Shown here one piece after another: positions 50,505 to 60,052 of a stretch of DNA of 64,000 bases; positions within the stretch are counted from its first letter, which is position 1; the number at the start of each line of letters is the position of its first letter. Both the position numbers and the translations under genes were made by a program. Location of the stretch: contig CBDCDC010000002.1 of NCBI GenBank assembly GCA_965215195.1, positions 4,064,001 through 4,128,000 of the forward strand, written 5' to 3'. The notes under the pieces are model-generated. The model was not told where the DNA came from, did not search any database, and was given only the letters and a program-made list of their open reading frames with translations. Origin of the DNA: Candidatus Latescibacterota bacterium (lineage in GTDB: Bacteria; Latescibacterota; UBA2968; UBA8231).

Positions 50505-52454
50505 TTATCGGGAGACCGTAACGCCTGCTGCTTCGAGGGCGGGGATGTGTGTGTTGAGTGACTCGGCACTGAGGGTAGGGATACTAATCAGAGTCAGCGA
50601 TTTCAACTTGGTCAGGCTGAGCAACGGACTCACATCCGTAATGTTCGTGAAACTCAGATTCAGCGTTTGCAAGTTGGTCAGGCTCGCCAACGAAGCCACC
50701 CCCGCATCCCCAATGTCCGTGAGACTCAGAATCAGCGCTTCCAAGTTGGTCAGGCTCGTCAACGAAGCCACCCCCGCATCCGTAATGGCCGTGTTAGTCA
50801 GACCCAGTTCTTCCAAGTTGGTCAGGCTCGTCAACGAAGCCACCCCCGCATCCCCAATGGCCGTGTTATTCAGATACAGCGTTTGCAACTTGGTCAGGCC
50901 CGCCAACGGACTCACATCCGCAAGAGCCGAGTTATCACTCAGGCTCAGCGAAGTCAGCGCCGTCGCGTGTTCGAGGCCGGCCAAGCTCTCAATGTTTAGA
51001 TCTCTTGCAGTAAGGGACGTTAGGGACGCCAGATCATTAGGTCTAAGTGCGCCTGTCGGTTTACCCAGTTCCTGCCGCACCGCACCCTCTAAGTTGGCGT
51101 CGACGAACGAGACGATTACCACCCCTACTACAAGAACGCCTGCTGCTTCAAGGGCGGGAATGTGTGTATTGATTGACTCATCACTGAGGGTAGTGACGCC
51201 AGTCAGATTCAGCGTACTCAAGTTGGTCAGACTGAGCAACGGGCTCACATCCGCAATGGCCGTGCTACTCAGAATCAGTGTTTCCAGCTTGGTCAGGCTC
51301 GCCAACGAAGCCAACCCCGCATCCGCAATGGCCGTGCTACTCAGAATCAGCGTTTGCAACTTGGTCAGGCTCGCCAACGGACTCACATCCGCAAGAGCCG
51401 CGTTGTCGGACAGGTCCAGCTCAACCAGTGCCGTCGCGTGTTCGAGGCCGGCCAAGCTCTCAATGTTTAGATTGCTTGCTAAAAGCTGGGTTAGGGACGC
51501 CAGATCCGCGGATGTAAGTTCGCCTTCCGCTTGCCCCAACGCCTGCCGCACCGCACCCTCTAGATTGGCATCGGCGAACGAGACGACTACCGGGTCTGGT
51601 GGTGGATCCGGGGTCGGGGGTGGATCCGGGGCTGGTGGTGGATCCGGGGCCGGGTCTGCTACCGGAGCCGGGGCCGGTGGTTGTGGGTTTGGCAGGACGA
51701 CCGAGACCTTGACGTCTCCTTCTATCAAGGTGGGCACCTGTTCGGCGAGGTCCCCTTGGCGAATGGGATTGTCCACCAAGCCCAACCAGTCCAGCCGGGT
51801 CAGGTCATCCAACGGACCCACATCCACCACCGCGTTGTGCCCCAAGTCCAGCGAGGTCAGCTTTGTCAACCCCGACAATGCGCTCACCGCTTCAATCTGG
51901 TTGCCCCACAGGTTCAGATAGGTCAGCTTCGTCAACCCTGCCAACGGACTCACGTCCGCCACCGCGTTGCCCCACAGACTCAGCCATTGCAAGTTGGTCA
52001 AGCCCGCCAACGCACCCACATCCACCACCTGATTGTGCCCCAAGTTCAGGTAGGTCAACTGGGTCAACCCCGCCAGCGGACTCAAATCCGCCACCGCGTT
52101 GCCCCACAGATTCAGCGTGTCCAGCGCTGTCGCATGTTCGAGGCCGGCCAAGCTCTCAATGCCTGAGACGTCTTGCCGCTCTACGTCGAGCTTCGTCAGG
52201 GACGCTAGATCGTCGGCGGTCAGCCGGCCTTCCGGCTTGTTCAGCGTCCGCCGCACCGCACGCTCCAAGTTGGCGTCGGCAAACGAGACGATGGCTGGCG
52301 CGGGGCTATCGGTTGCAGCGTCCGACTGCGTGCTATCGGCCTCGGCCTGCCCGAGGGCTTTGCCCGCCGGGGCCGGCGCGACCGGCGGATCGGAACAGGC
52401 CACTACGCCTAAAACGACGACCAGCAGGGCGTTTATTCGCTTCCATAACGGCAT
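50505..52454 (-). CDS. Leucine-rich repeat lipoprotein, paralog 2 (three LRR modules)
   Basis: Near-identical N-terminal 250 aa to paralog 1; three (V/I)VSF(A/V)DANLE caps; DPPP linker. Confidence 0.93.
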   Translation of the reverse strand: MPLWKRINALLVVVLGVVACSDPPVAPAPAGKALGQAEADSTQSDAATDSPAPAIVSFADANLERAVRRTLNKPEGRLTADDLASLTKLDVERQDVSGIESLAGLEHATALDTLNLWGNAVADLSPLAGLTQLTYLNLGHNQVVDVGALAGLTNLQWLSLWGNAVADVSPLAGLTKLTYLNLWGNQIEAVSALSGLTKLTSLDLGHNAVVDVGPLDDLTRLDWLGLVDNPIRQGDLAEQVPTLIEGDVKVSVVLPNPQPPAPAPVADPAPDPPPAPDPPPTPDPPPDPVVVSFADANLEGAVRQALGQAEGELTSADLASLTQLLASNLNIESLAGLEHATALVELDLSDNAALADVSPLASLTKLQTLILSSTAIADAGLASLASLTKLETLILSSTAIADVSPLLSLTNLSTLNLTGVTTLSDESINTHIPALEAAGVLVVGVVIVSFVDANLEGAVRQELGKPTGALRPNDLASLTSLTARDLNIESLAGLEHATALTSLSLSDNSALADVSPLAGLTKLQTLYLNNTAIGDAGVASLTSLTNLEELGLTNTAITDAGVASLTSLTNLEALILSLTDIGDAGVASLASLTNLQTLNLSFTNITDVSPLLSLTKLKSLTLISIPTLSAESLNTHIPALEAAGVTVSR

Positions 52455-52871
52455 TGTTTGCCTCCTTCTATAATAAGGTTTGAGGAATCAGGAGCAGGAA
52501 CCGTCCGCTATGGCAGACGAATGCCGCACGGGCAACATGCGGCGAGGGGCGGGACGGATCGCCAAACGGCCGCTTGGGAGCCGTCGCTGGTGCTTGAGCA
52601 GTAGGGAATCTAGCGCACGAGCAGAACTTTGAAGAAAGGAGGTATAAATTACTTTTTTTACCGACGTATAGCGCATTTTACTCGGCGATACCTCCCAACA
52701 CACCAGTAAGGCCCCTCGCTGATGCTAATATGGAACGCGCAAGTCCTCCAACCAGCGAAACGAAACGTACGGCATGGGCCGTGCGCCTTTTACAATATGC
52801 CCAAGGAAACAGGAATGCAACCTAAGCAGGGCGAAATTGCACTTACGAGCTGACGTTACGCACTTTGCTGA

Positions 52872-53039
52872 GAAGCGGTCTGAAAGTTCCGCGAACCGTC
52901 CCTTGTGTGCAGCAAACAATCTAGGATCGAGGGCGTCTCGCCCTCGACAAGCGCTCCCTCCGAGGGCCGCTTGACCGCTACTCAACGCGATCCGCCGGCG
53001 GTTTGTCACGCCTAAAGGCGCGGTGAACCAGACCGCTTC
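52872..53039. mobile_element. MITE, 168 bp (IS5/IS1031-like ends)
   Basis: 11-bp TIR GAAGCGGTCTG...CAGACCGCTTC flanked by direct TGA (52869-52871, 53040-53042); no ORF; second copy near 39.1-39.3 kb. Confidence 0.82.
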
Positions 53040-53058
53040 TGAAAAATGCTTCGTTTCG

Positions 53059-53107
53059 CCACAACATCTTGTATATCCAATTTTAACCAAATTACAAGAT
53101 ATAGAGT
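53059..53107. promoter_or_regulatory. Tandem NrdR-box-like sites
   Basis: CCACAACATCTTGTAT (53059-53074) and TTACAAGATATAGAGT (53092-53107) resemble acaCwAtATaTwGtgt, 33 bp apart. Confidence 0.55.
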
Positions 53108-53422
53108 CGCTGCGTAACGTCCGTTACGAGTTGAATCCGCGCATTAAAACAACAAGTCAAGACACAACTGATGGTCCGCACGGGTAGGCGGTCGCGCCTA
53201 AAAGCCTGCCGGGGGGCGAGGGGAAGCAGGACCGGCGAGACCGGCTCCGTGCGGCGATGAACGCAGCCGCGTCGTTTTCTCGGCAACCGAACAGCGGTTC
53301 CCATCTCCCACCGCAGATTATCGCCAAGAGCGGCTAGAGTCGGCGAAAAGGTTCGTCCCCGCACGAACCACTTTGGCTGCCTTGCTCTAGTGCTAGGCCG
53401 CGTCTTTTTTATAGTCAACCCA

Positions 53423-53626
53423 CTTAGTACACGACACCTAAAGTAGGCGACCCTTACTTTGAGTACGCATTTTCTGCTGTTTCCGATGTGTTCGGGAGCG
53501 AGGGCACCAGTTCCCAAGCACGGGCTTGAGCCTGCTCTCGGGTCCGGGATCGAGGGCGTCCCGCCCTCGACGAGGGCAAGATGCCCTCGATCCTTGGCAG
53601 GCTGAGGGCTGGTGTCGTGTAGTAAG
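53423..53626. mobile_element. MITE-like element, 204 bp, with 9-bp flanking direct repeat
   Basis: 16-bp IR CTTAGTACACGACACC / GGTGTCGTGTAGTAAG (1 mismatch); GTCAACCCA at 53414-53422 and 53627-53635; internal GAGGGC..GCCCTC hairpins. Confidence 0.75.
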
Positions 53627-53653
53627 GTCAACCCATTTCAACCGCTAGAAGCC

Positions 53654-55390
53654 ATGCCCAATCAGATCGACCCCATCCAATTCGAGGTCATTCGCAACGC
53701 CTTGCTCGAAGCCACCGAGGAGATGGCCATTGCCCTCCGGCGCAGCGCGTATTCGACCAACATCAAAACCCGCGCCGATTTCTCCTGCGCCTTTTTCGAC
53801 CGCCAGTTGCGGCCCGTCGCCCAAGCCTTTACCCAGCCAGTACACCTCGGCTCGCTGACGATCCTCACGCCCCGCGCAGTCGCCGAATACGGCCCGGAGC
53901 ACTTGCAGGCCGGAGACGCGATCCTCGTCAACGACCCCTATCGCGGCGGAGTCCATCTCAACGACATCACGCTAATTTCGCCCGTCTATTGCGGCGAGGA
54001 ACTCTTCGGCTATGTGGCCAATCTCGCCCATCACGTCGATGTCGGGGGCGGGGCACCGGCCAGCATTGGTGCTTTCCAGCAGGTGTATCAGGAGGGCATC
54101 ATCATTCCTCCGGTAAAGCTAGTGCGCGGTGGGGAAATCGCGGCCGATGTATTTGAGCTGGTCATTGCCCAGATTCGCTCCAAGCGGGAGACGCGCGGCG
54201 ACTTTCGCGCCCAAGTGGCGGCCAATAATTCGGGGATTCGCCGGCTCAACGGGCTCGTTGAGCAGGTGGGGTCGGCGCAGGCGTCTTTCTACATGGATCG
54301 GCTCATCAGCTACACTAGGGAGCGGACCCTATCCGAGTTGGCCAAGTTGCCCAAGGGGGAGTTCACTGCCGCAGGCGTCGTCGACAACGACGGCTTTACC
54401 GACGAGCCAGTGCGGCTCCAAGTCCGCGTCGTCATCGACGAAGAGGGGGTACTCTTCGACCTGACGGGGTGCGACCCGCAGCGCCGGGCCCCGGTCAATT
54501 CCACTTACGCCCAGACCTTTGCGGCTTGCGCCTACGTGCTCAAGTGCCTGATCGACCAAGACGTGCCGGTCAACGCCGGGTTTTACGAGCAGGTGCGGCT
54601 GGTGGCCCCCGAGGGGACGGTCGTCAACTGCATGGCACCCTCGCCGGTGGTCGGGGGCTGGGAGACCCAAGTGCGGCTGACCGATGTCATTCTCAGGGCA
54701 CTGCATCCGGCGCTGCCCGATAAGATTCCGGCCGCGACCAAAGGGACGATGTGCCAAGTGGGGTTCGGCGGCACAGACCCGCGCACCGGGCAGCTTTATT
54801 CTTATTACGAGACGATGGCTGGCGGCTATGGGGGGCGCAGTGCCAAGGACGGGCCGGATGCCGTGCAGTGCCACGGTCAAAACACCGAGAACGCGCCGAT
54901 TGAGGAAATCGAAATCAACTATCCGCTGCGGATTGACCGCTATGAGCTGATAGAGGACTCAGAGGGGGCTGGGCAGTATCGCGGCGGCTTGGGGCTGCGG
55001 CGCGACTACCGATTTATCGATCACGAAGTGTCCTTTACCGTTCTGTCGGATCGGGATCGCTGGGGGCCGGAAGGGCTGGCTGGAGGGCAAGCCGGGGGCA
55101 AGGCTCGGTACATCCTCGACCCCAAAGGCCAGCACGCCGAATTGGGGTCCAAGACGACGATCGCGCTGGCGGCCGATACGGTCTTTAGCTATCGCACTTG
55201 CGGCGGCGGCGGCTATGGGCCGCCCCATCAGCGCGACCCACAGGCGGTGGCCGAGGATGTGCGCGAGGGCAAGGTGAGTGCGGAGCGGGCGCGGGCCGCG
55301 TATGGCGTGGTCATCGACAGCACTACTGGGCAAGTCGATCCGGCGGCGACCGCGGCGCAGCGGCGGGAGATGGCAGGCGATGGCCTATAG
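53654..55390 (+). CDS. Hydantoinase B/oxoprolinase family protein
   Basis: IDPIQFEVIRN, RSAYSTNI, DFSCA, NDPYRGGVHLND, HHVDVGG, DSEGAGQYRGG, GGGGYG. Confidence 0.95.
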   Translation: MPNQIDPIQFEVIRNALLEATEEMAIALRRSAYSTNIKTRADFSCAFFDRQLRPVAQAFTQPVHLGSLTILTPRAVAEYGPEHLQAGDAILVNDPYRGGVHLNDITLISPVYCGEELFGYVANLAHHVDVGGGAPASIGAFQQVYQEGIIIPPVKLVRGGEIAADVFELVIAQIRSKRETRGDFRAQVAANNSGIRRLNGLVEQVGSAQASFYMDRLISYTRERTLSELAKLPKGEFTAAGVVDNDGFTDEPVRLQVRVVIDEEGVLFDLTGCDPQRRAPVNSTYAQTFAACAYVLKCLIDQDVPVNAGFYEQVRLVAPEGTVVNCMAPSPVVGGWETQVRLTDVILRALHPALPDKIPAATKGTMCQVGFGGTDPRTGQLYSYYETMAGGYGGRSAKDGPDAVQCHGQNTENAPIEEIEINYPLRIDRYELIEDSEGAGQYRGGLGLRRDYRFIDHEVSFTVLSDRDRWGPEGLAGGQAGGKARYILDPKGQHAELGSKTTIALAADTVFSYRTCGGGGYGPPHQRDPQAVAEDVREGKVSAERARAAYGVVIDSTTGQVDPAATAAQRREMAGDGL

Positions 55391-57476
55391 ACTCGGCGTG
55401 GATATCGGCGGGACCTTTACCGATATTGCGCTCATTGACGAAGCGAGCGGGCGCATCTATACCGGCAAGGTCGCCTCAACTCCCCAAGACCCGTCCGCCG
55501 GGTTTATGGAAGCTGTGCAGCGGCTGCTCGCCCAGCAGCAGGTCGCCGCTAAAGACGTGGCTTACATCGTCCACGGCACCACAATCGCCACCAACGCCAT
55601 CATCGAAGGCAAGGTCGCGCCAACGGGCTTTATCACCACCGAAGGCTTCCGCGATATGCTGGAAATCGCCCGCCAAATTCGCCCCACCCTCTACGACTTG
55701 CAATTTGAAAAGCCGCGGCCGCTCGTGCCGCGCCACCGCTGTTTTGGCGTACCCGAGCGCCTCAATGCCGGCGGCATCGTGCTTACACCGCTCGACGAAG
55801 ACGCCCTGCGCCAAGTAGCCGACAAGCTGCGCGACGAGGGCGTGGAGTCCATCGCCGTCTGCTTTTTACACGCCTACGCCAATCCGCTCCACGAGCGGCG
55901 GGCCGGGGAGATTCTCGCCGAGGTCTTTCCCGAGGCTGTCGTCTCCCTGTCGGCCGAAGTTGCACCTGAGTTCCGCGAGTACTTGCGGGCCAGCACGACT
56001 GTGATCAATAGCTGCATCCGCCCGGTGGTCGCGCGCTATTTGCAGCGGATCGAAGATCGGTTGGCACAGGCCGGTATCGCGGCCGAGCTGCTCGTAATGC
56101 AGAGCAGCGGCGGAGTGTACACCTTTGCGGCGGCGCGGCAAAAGCCGGTGTACATGGTTGAGTCCGGCCCGGCCGCCGGGGTGATTGCGGCCGCGCATCT
56201 GGGGCAAGCGCGGGGTTATGAGCAAGTGATTTCTTTTGATATGGGCGGGACGACCGCCAAAGCCGGTCTGATCCAAGGCGGCACCCCCAGCGTGACTAAG
56301 GACTACGAGGTCGGGACGACGGCGCAAGCGGGCCTTGGGGCGACTCGGGGTGCGGGGTATCCAATTCGCACGCCGGTTATCGACCTCGTGGAAATCGGCG
56401 CGGGCGGCGGGTCTATCGCTTGGGTGGATCCCGGCGGCATCCTGCGGGTTGGCCCCCAAAGTGCCGGGGCCGATCCCGGGCCGGTCTGCTATGGCCAAGG
56501 CGGTACGCAACCCACGGTCACCGACGCTAACCTCGTATTGGGACGGCTCAACCCGAGCTATTTCCTCGGCGGCGAGATCGCCCTCGACCCGGCGGCCGCG
56601 CAACGCGCCATCGAACAACACTGCGCCCGGCCGCTGGGCATGGAGCTAGTTGAGGCCGCCCACGGCATCGTCGAGATCGCCAACACTGCCATGGTCAACG
56701 CGCTGCGGCTGGTCTCCGTGCAGCGCGGCTACGACCCGCGCGACTTTGCGCTGGTGGCCTTTGGCGGTGCGGGACCAGCCCACGCCAACCGCCTCGCCGC
56801 CCTGACCGAGATTCCCGTGGCGATCATTCCCCAAAGCCCGGGCACGGCCTCGGCGCTGGGCCTGTTGGTGACGGACTTAAAACACGATTACGCCACGACT
56901 CTCATCGAGCGGTTGGACTCGGTAGCCCCGGACGCCTTGGCGCAAATTTTCGCAGACCTAGAGGCCAAGGGACGCCAAACGCTCAAGCGCGAGGGAATGA
57001 CGGAAGCAACGATGGAGTTCCAGCGGCAAGCGGATCTGCGCTACGTTGGGCAGAGCCACGAACTGACGCTCCCGTTGGCGACCGACCCCTTAGACCCGGC
57101 CCAGCTAGCGCAGCTATTGGAGCAATTCCACCGCACCCACGAGCGCGCCTATGGCTTTAGTGCGCCGGGCGAGCCGGTTGAGTTAGTCAGTCTGCGGCTT
57201 GCGGCCATCGGCCAGATCGCCAAACCCGCGTTAGCACCGCTAGCGGAGGCTGCCGGAGAGGCTACGGCCAAAGAGCAGCGCCCGGTGTATTTCGCCGAGA
57301 GCGAAGGATTCGTCGATTGTCCAGTGTACGACCGCTATGCGCTGGGGGCTGGGGCTATTGTGCGCGGTCCGGCGATTATCGAGGAAATCGATTCGACCAC
57401 CGTCGTCCATCCTCAGTACCAAGTGCGCGTGGACGAGGTTGGGCAGATGGCGCTGACGGCGGCAGAGGCGCGTTAA
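55380..57476 (+). CDS. Hydantoinase A/oxoprolinase family protein
   Basis: GVDIGGTFTD, HGTTIATNA, ESGPAAG, DMGGTT, IGAGGGS, SAGADPGP, FGGAG. Confidence 0.95.
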   Translation: MAYRLGVDIGGTFTDIALIDEASGRIYTGKVASTPQDPSAGFMEAVQRLLAQQQVAAKDVAYIVHGTTIATNAIIEGKVAPTGFITTEGFRDMLEIARQIRPTLYDLQFEKPRPLVPRHRCFGVPERLNAGGIVLTPLDEDALRQVADKLRDEGVESIAVCFLHAYANPLHERRAGEILAEVFPEAVVSLSAEVAPEFREYLRASTTVINSCIRPVVARYLQRIEDRLAQAGIAAELLVMQSSGGVYTFAAARQKPVYMVESGPAAGVIAAAHLGQARGYEQVISFDMGGTTAKAGLIQGGTPSVTKDYEVGTTAQAGLGATRGAGYPIRTPVIDLVEIGAGGGSIAWVDPGGILRVGPQSAGADPGPVCYGQGGTQPTVTDANLVLGRLNPSYFLGGEIALDPAAAQRAIEQHCARPLGMELVEAAHGIVEIANTAMVNALRLVSVQRGYDPRDFALVAFGGAGPAHANRLAALTEIPVAIIPQSPGTASALGLLVTDLKHDYATTLIERLDSVAPDALAQIFADLEAKGRQTLKREGMTEATMEFQRQADLRYVGQSHELTLPLATDPLDPAQLAQLLEQFHRTHERAYGFSAPGEPVELVSLRLAAIGQIAKPALAPLAEAAGEATAKEQRPVYFAESEGFVDCPVYDRYALGAGAIVRGPAIIEEIDSTTVVHPQYQVRVDEVGQMALTAAEAR

Positions 57477-57539
57477 AGCAATTACCCCGATTGAACGGAG
57501 CAAGCGATAGCGGCGGCAATACCTGTTCGAACGCGAGCG

Positions 57540-58241
57540 TTACCGCACGGGAAAATCAAAGTACGTGTCTGGATACGGTTCGTCTTTAAGCGTATAGTGC
57601 CACCACTCTTTGTCGTAATTCACAAAGCCGTGGTTCTCCATCGCGACCTTTAACAACAGCCGATTGCGTCTCTGTTGCTCCGAAATTCGCGGATCGTCCG
57701 TATTGGACAATGTGTCGAAATAATCAAACGGCGTACCCATATCCAACTCTGTAGAACTCGCGTTCTCGACCAAAGTCAAATCGAGCGTACTGCCCCTGCT
57801 GTGGCCCGATTGGTCTGCGATATAACCCTTCTCGACGAGTTGAGATTTGTCTTCGTTGGGATAGTACTGCGCCTTCATTTTTTGCTCGTCTGCATCGCGT
57901 ACCCATTCTACAAAGTGATCCACTGCTTCCTGCGGGCGGTAGCAATCGAAAATTTTCAACGTGTACCCTGCCTCGCTTAGTTCGCTCTGTACTTTCTTGA
58001 GTGCTTCACTGGCCGGGCTGGTGAGAATGCACTTCGCGCTTTCATACCCTCTCACTTTTGTCCCCAAAAAATTATCATTTGAATAATACCGCATATCAAA
58101 AATGAGAGACGGGATCGCAGCGTTGACCACGACAAACGATGCGGGCATGGACAAACCATTTCTGGCAATGGTTTTTTTGTGCGAACAACTCAAAACAAAG
58201 AGCATCGCAACAAGGCACAGGCCCCGCTGAATAATTTTCAC
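57540..58241 (-). CDS. vanX: D-Ala-D-Ala dipeptidase (M15D), lipoprotein
   Basis: DCYRP, SGHSRGSTLD, DMGTPFD, EWWHY; lipobox VLSC. Confidence 0.93.
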   Translation of the reverse strand: MKIIQRGLCLVAMLFVLSCSHKKTIARNGLSMPASFVVVNAAIPSLIFDMRYYSNDNFLGTKVRGYESAKCILTSPASEALKKVQSELSEAGYTLKIFDCYRPQEAVDHFVEWVRDADEQKMKAQYYPNEDKSQLVEKGYIADQSGHSRGSTLDLTLVENASSTELDMGTPFDYFDTLSNTDDPRISEQQRRNRLLLKVAMENHGFVNYDKEWWHYTLKDEPYPDTYFDFPVR

Positions 58242-58253
58242 GGCATTCCTCTT

Positions 58254-60023
58254 TCACTTGTCGAAGTAGGGATGCGCCGACACGGGTGCTTTGGGGATCT
58301 CGCCACTCGGCGGCTTGAGCGTGATGTCCTCGAACAGGACCATGCGAGGAGTGACGATACTCACGAGGACTGACTCACCCCGACCGCCGTAAAAGGGAGA
58401 GGAGTTGTCCTCCGAGCGAAAGGGAACGGTGTTGACCGCGTGCGTCTTGGACACCTTCACGATGTCCTTGAAGGTATGGAGGCCGATGCCGGCAAATTCC
58501 GCGTTGCGCACCAGTTCCTCGCGGCCGTCGAGATAGACCTTATAGACGAAGATCGCGTTTGCCAGCTCGTCCTCGTCGTCAGAGGAACCGGAGGAATAGT
58601 AGATAACCTGAGGTTCCACGTTGTACGACGAGTTGGCGACGTGGGTGACGATGTAGCCGTACTGTTTTTTCTGCCTTTTGATCAATTTGAAAAATTCCTT
58701 GCGGAGCTGCTTTTCGCTCAGGCCCTTCTCCGTCTCCACTAAGATATTGCTGGGGGCGACGCCCGCACCGCGGCGATTGCCGGTGCTCTGGTCGATGCCG
58801 CGCACGGGCGTGCGCGTGGTCAACAGGGTCTCCAGCACACCCTTCCGCACCAAGCGGGTCGGACGCGCCGGTACGCCTTCGTCGTCAACGCTATAGCCGC
58901 CCAACAAGGGCTGCTTTTTATAGGCGTCCATGAGCGGCTCGGCGCGCACGTTGAGGAATTCGGGCAGGACGCGCACACCAATTTTGTCGAGGAAAGGGTT
59001 TTCCTTTTTCTGCGGGTAGAAGCGCTCGTATTGCGGATTGTCGCTCAGGGCCCGGCGCGTCGACAGCATGTACGGCACAAACCCCTGATTGAACAGCTCG
59101 GTGGCCGCTTGGCCCGCAAAGATCACGGGGCCGGTATAGCGCTCGACCAAAGGAGCGTGGCGAAGTTGCTTCAGGCGCTCGCCCATGGCCTTGATCTGCG
59201 CGGCCAGCTCGTCGTCGCTGGGAAGGTCTTCTGATGAACGGGCGTACACAGCGACGAAGTCCTCCAGCGGCATGCCGTCTGGGGCTTGGGTGGCGGCAAC
59301 CGCAGTGAAGGCCAGCGACGAATTGGTGCGCGAGAAGGAAGAGCCTTCGCTGTTGAGGTAGTGGACCGAGGTGTTGGAGCCATTGAAACTAACCCGCGAC
59401 GTGAAGACGTCGGGCATCTCGCGGAACAGGCCCGAAAGCTGGCGCACTCGCTGGTCCAAGAGGTCGAGATCTAGGACAACGGGCGTCATTTTGCGTACTG
59501 CGGTGGCAGGCTCTTCCCGGCTGAAATCGGGAATTTCCTCGGTGCGAGTTTTGTTCTGCAAGGTGGCGCGCTTCTTGGCCAGATCTTCGAGTGCCTTCTT
59601 GTAGGCCCCGTCGGTGGCCAGCCATATTTTGCGCCGCAACTCGTCGTAGTCGTCTTCGAGGGGCAACGGCACGCTGCCGCCGTACATGCGCACCACGCCC
59701 GTACCGCCGAAGGAAAACGAGCGGAAGTTGGTGTTGTCGAGGGCGTAGTCCCCAACCCGCACTTCGACACTCAGTTCGCGCGAGTGGTTTTCGCCGCTGT
59801 TGAGCAGACTGCCAAAGGTCGCCGAGCTGCTCTTGGACTTTACTTGGCGCACGAGGTAGGAAATGAAGTAGGGCTGCTCTAGGTCTTCGAGCTGGAGTTG
59901 CTGCATTGAGCGCGCCAATTCGTCGCGCAGGGCGCGTTGCAGCATGTCGTCTGCGGCGTGGACGGCGGAAAACGCCAGTAGGGCTGCAATCGTCAGAACG
60001 TGGATAGAGGGCCTTTTGCACAT
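58254..60023 (-). CDS. TldD/PmbA-related protein, non-catalytic TldE-like, with signal peptide
   Basis: ALRDELARS, VRVGDYALDN, YTGPVIF, VDDEGVP, DGREELVR; no HExxxH; signal MCKRPSIHVLTIAALLAFSAVHA. Confidence 0.85.
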   Translation of the reverse strand: MCKRPSIHVLTIAALLAFSAVHAADDMLQRALRDELARSMQQLQLEDLEQPYFISYLVRQVKSKSSSATFGSLLNSGENHSRELSVEVRVGDYALDNTNFRSFSFGGTGVVRMYGGSVPLPLEDDYDELRRKIWLATDGAYKKALEDLAKKRATLQNKTRTEEIPDFSREEPATAVRKMTPVVLDLDLLDQRVRQLSGLFREMPDVFTSRVSFNGSNTSVHYLNSEGSSFSRTNSSLAFTAVAATQAPDGMPLEDFVAVYARSSEDLPSDDELAAQIKAMGERLKQLRHAPLVERYTGPVIFAGQAATELFNQGFVPYMLSTRRALSDNPQYERFYPQKKENPFLDKIGVRVLPEFLNVRAEPLMDAYKKQPLLGGYSVDDEGVPARPTRLVRKGVLETLLTTRTPVRGIDQSTGNRRGAGVAPSNILVETEKGLSEKQLRKEFFKLIKRQKKQYGYIVTHVANSSYNVEPQVIYYSSGSSDDEDELANAIFVYKVYLDGREELVRNAEFAGIGLHTFKDIVKVSKTHAVNTVPFRSEDNSSPFYGGRGESVLVSIVTPRMVLFEDITLKPPSGEIPKAPVSAHPYFDK

Positions 60024-60052
60024 GGGATGGCTCCTGCCGGAAGGGAACGGGA

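Noticed and set aside
48790-51400. Regular 72-bp repeats with variable interiors as a CRISPR array
   Set aside because: In-frame coding LRR units within intact ORFs; the variable parts are homologous to each other; no cas genes
50440-51921. 493-aa plus-strand ORF (also 48791-49396, 1592-3205, 927-1874 and similar)
   Set aside because: Antisense shadows of real genes caused by high GC and repeat periodicity; no RBS or family motifs
48622-52454. Diversity-generating retroelement acting on the LRR genes
   Set aside because: No reverse transcriptase or non-coding template repeat in the window; differences do not appear adenine-restricted
57540-58241. Vancomycin-resistance cluster
   Set aside because: No vanA/vanH/vanRS; lone D,D-dipeptidases are common
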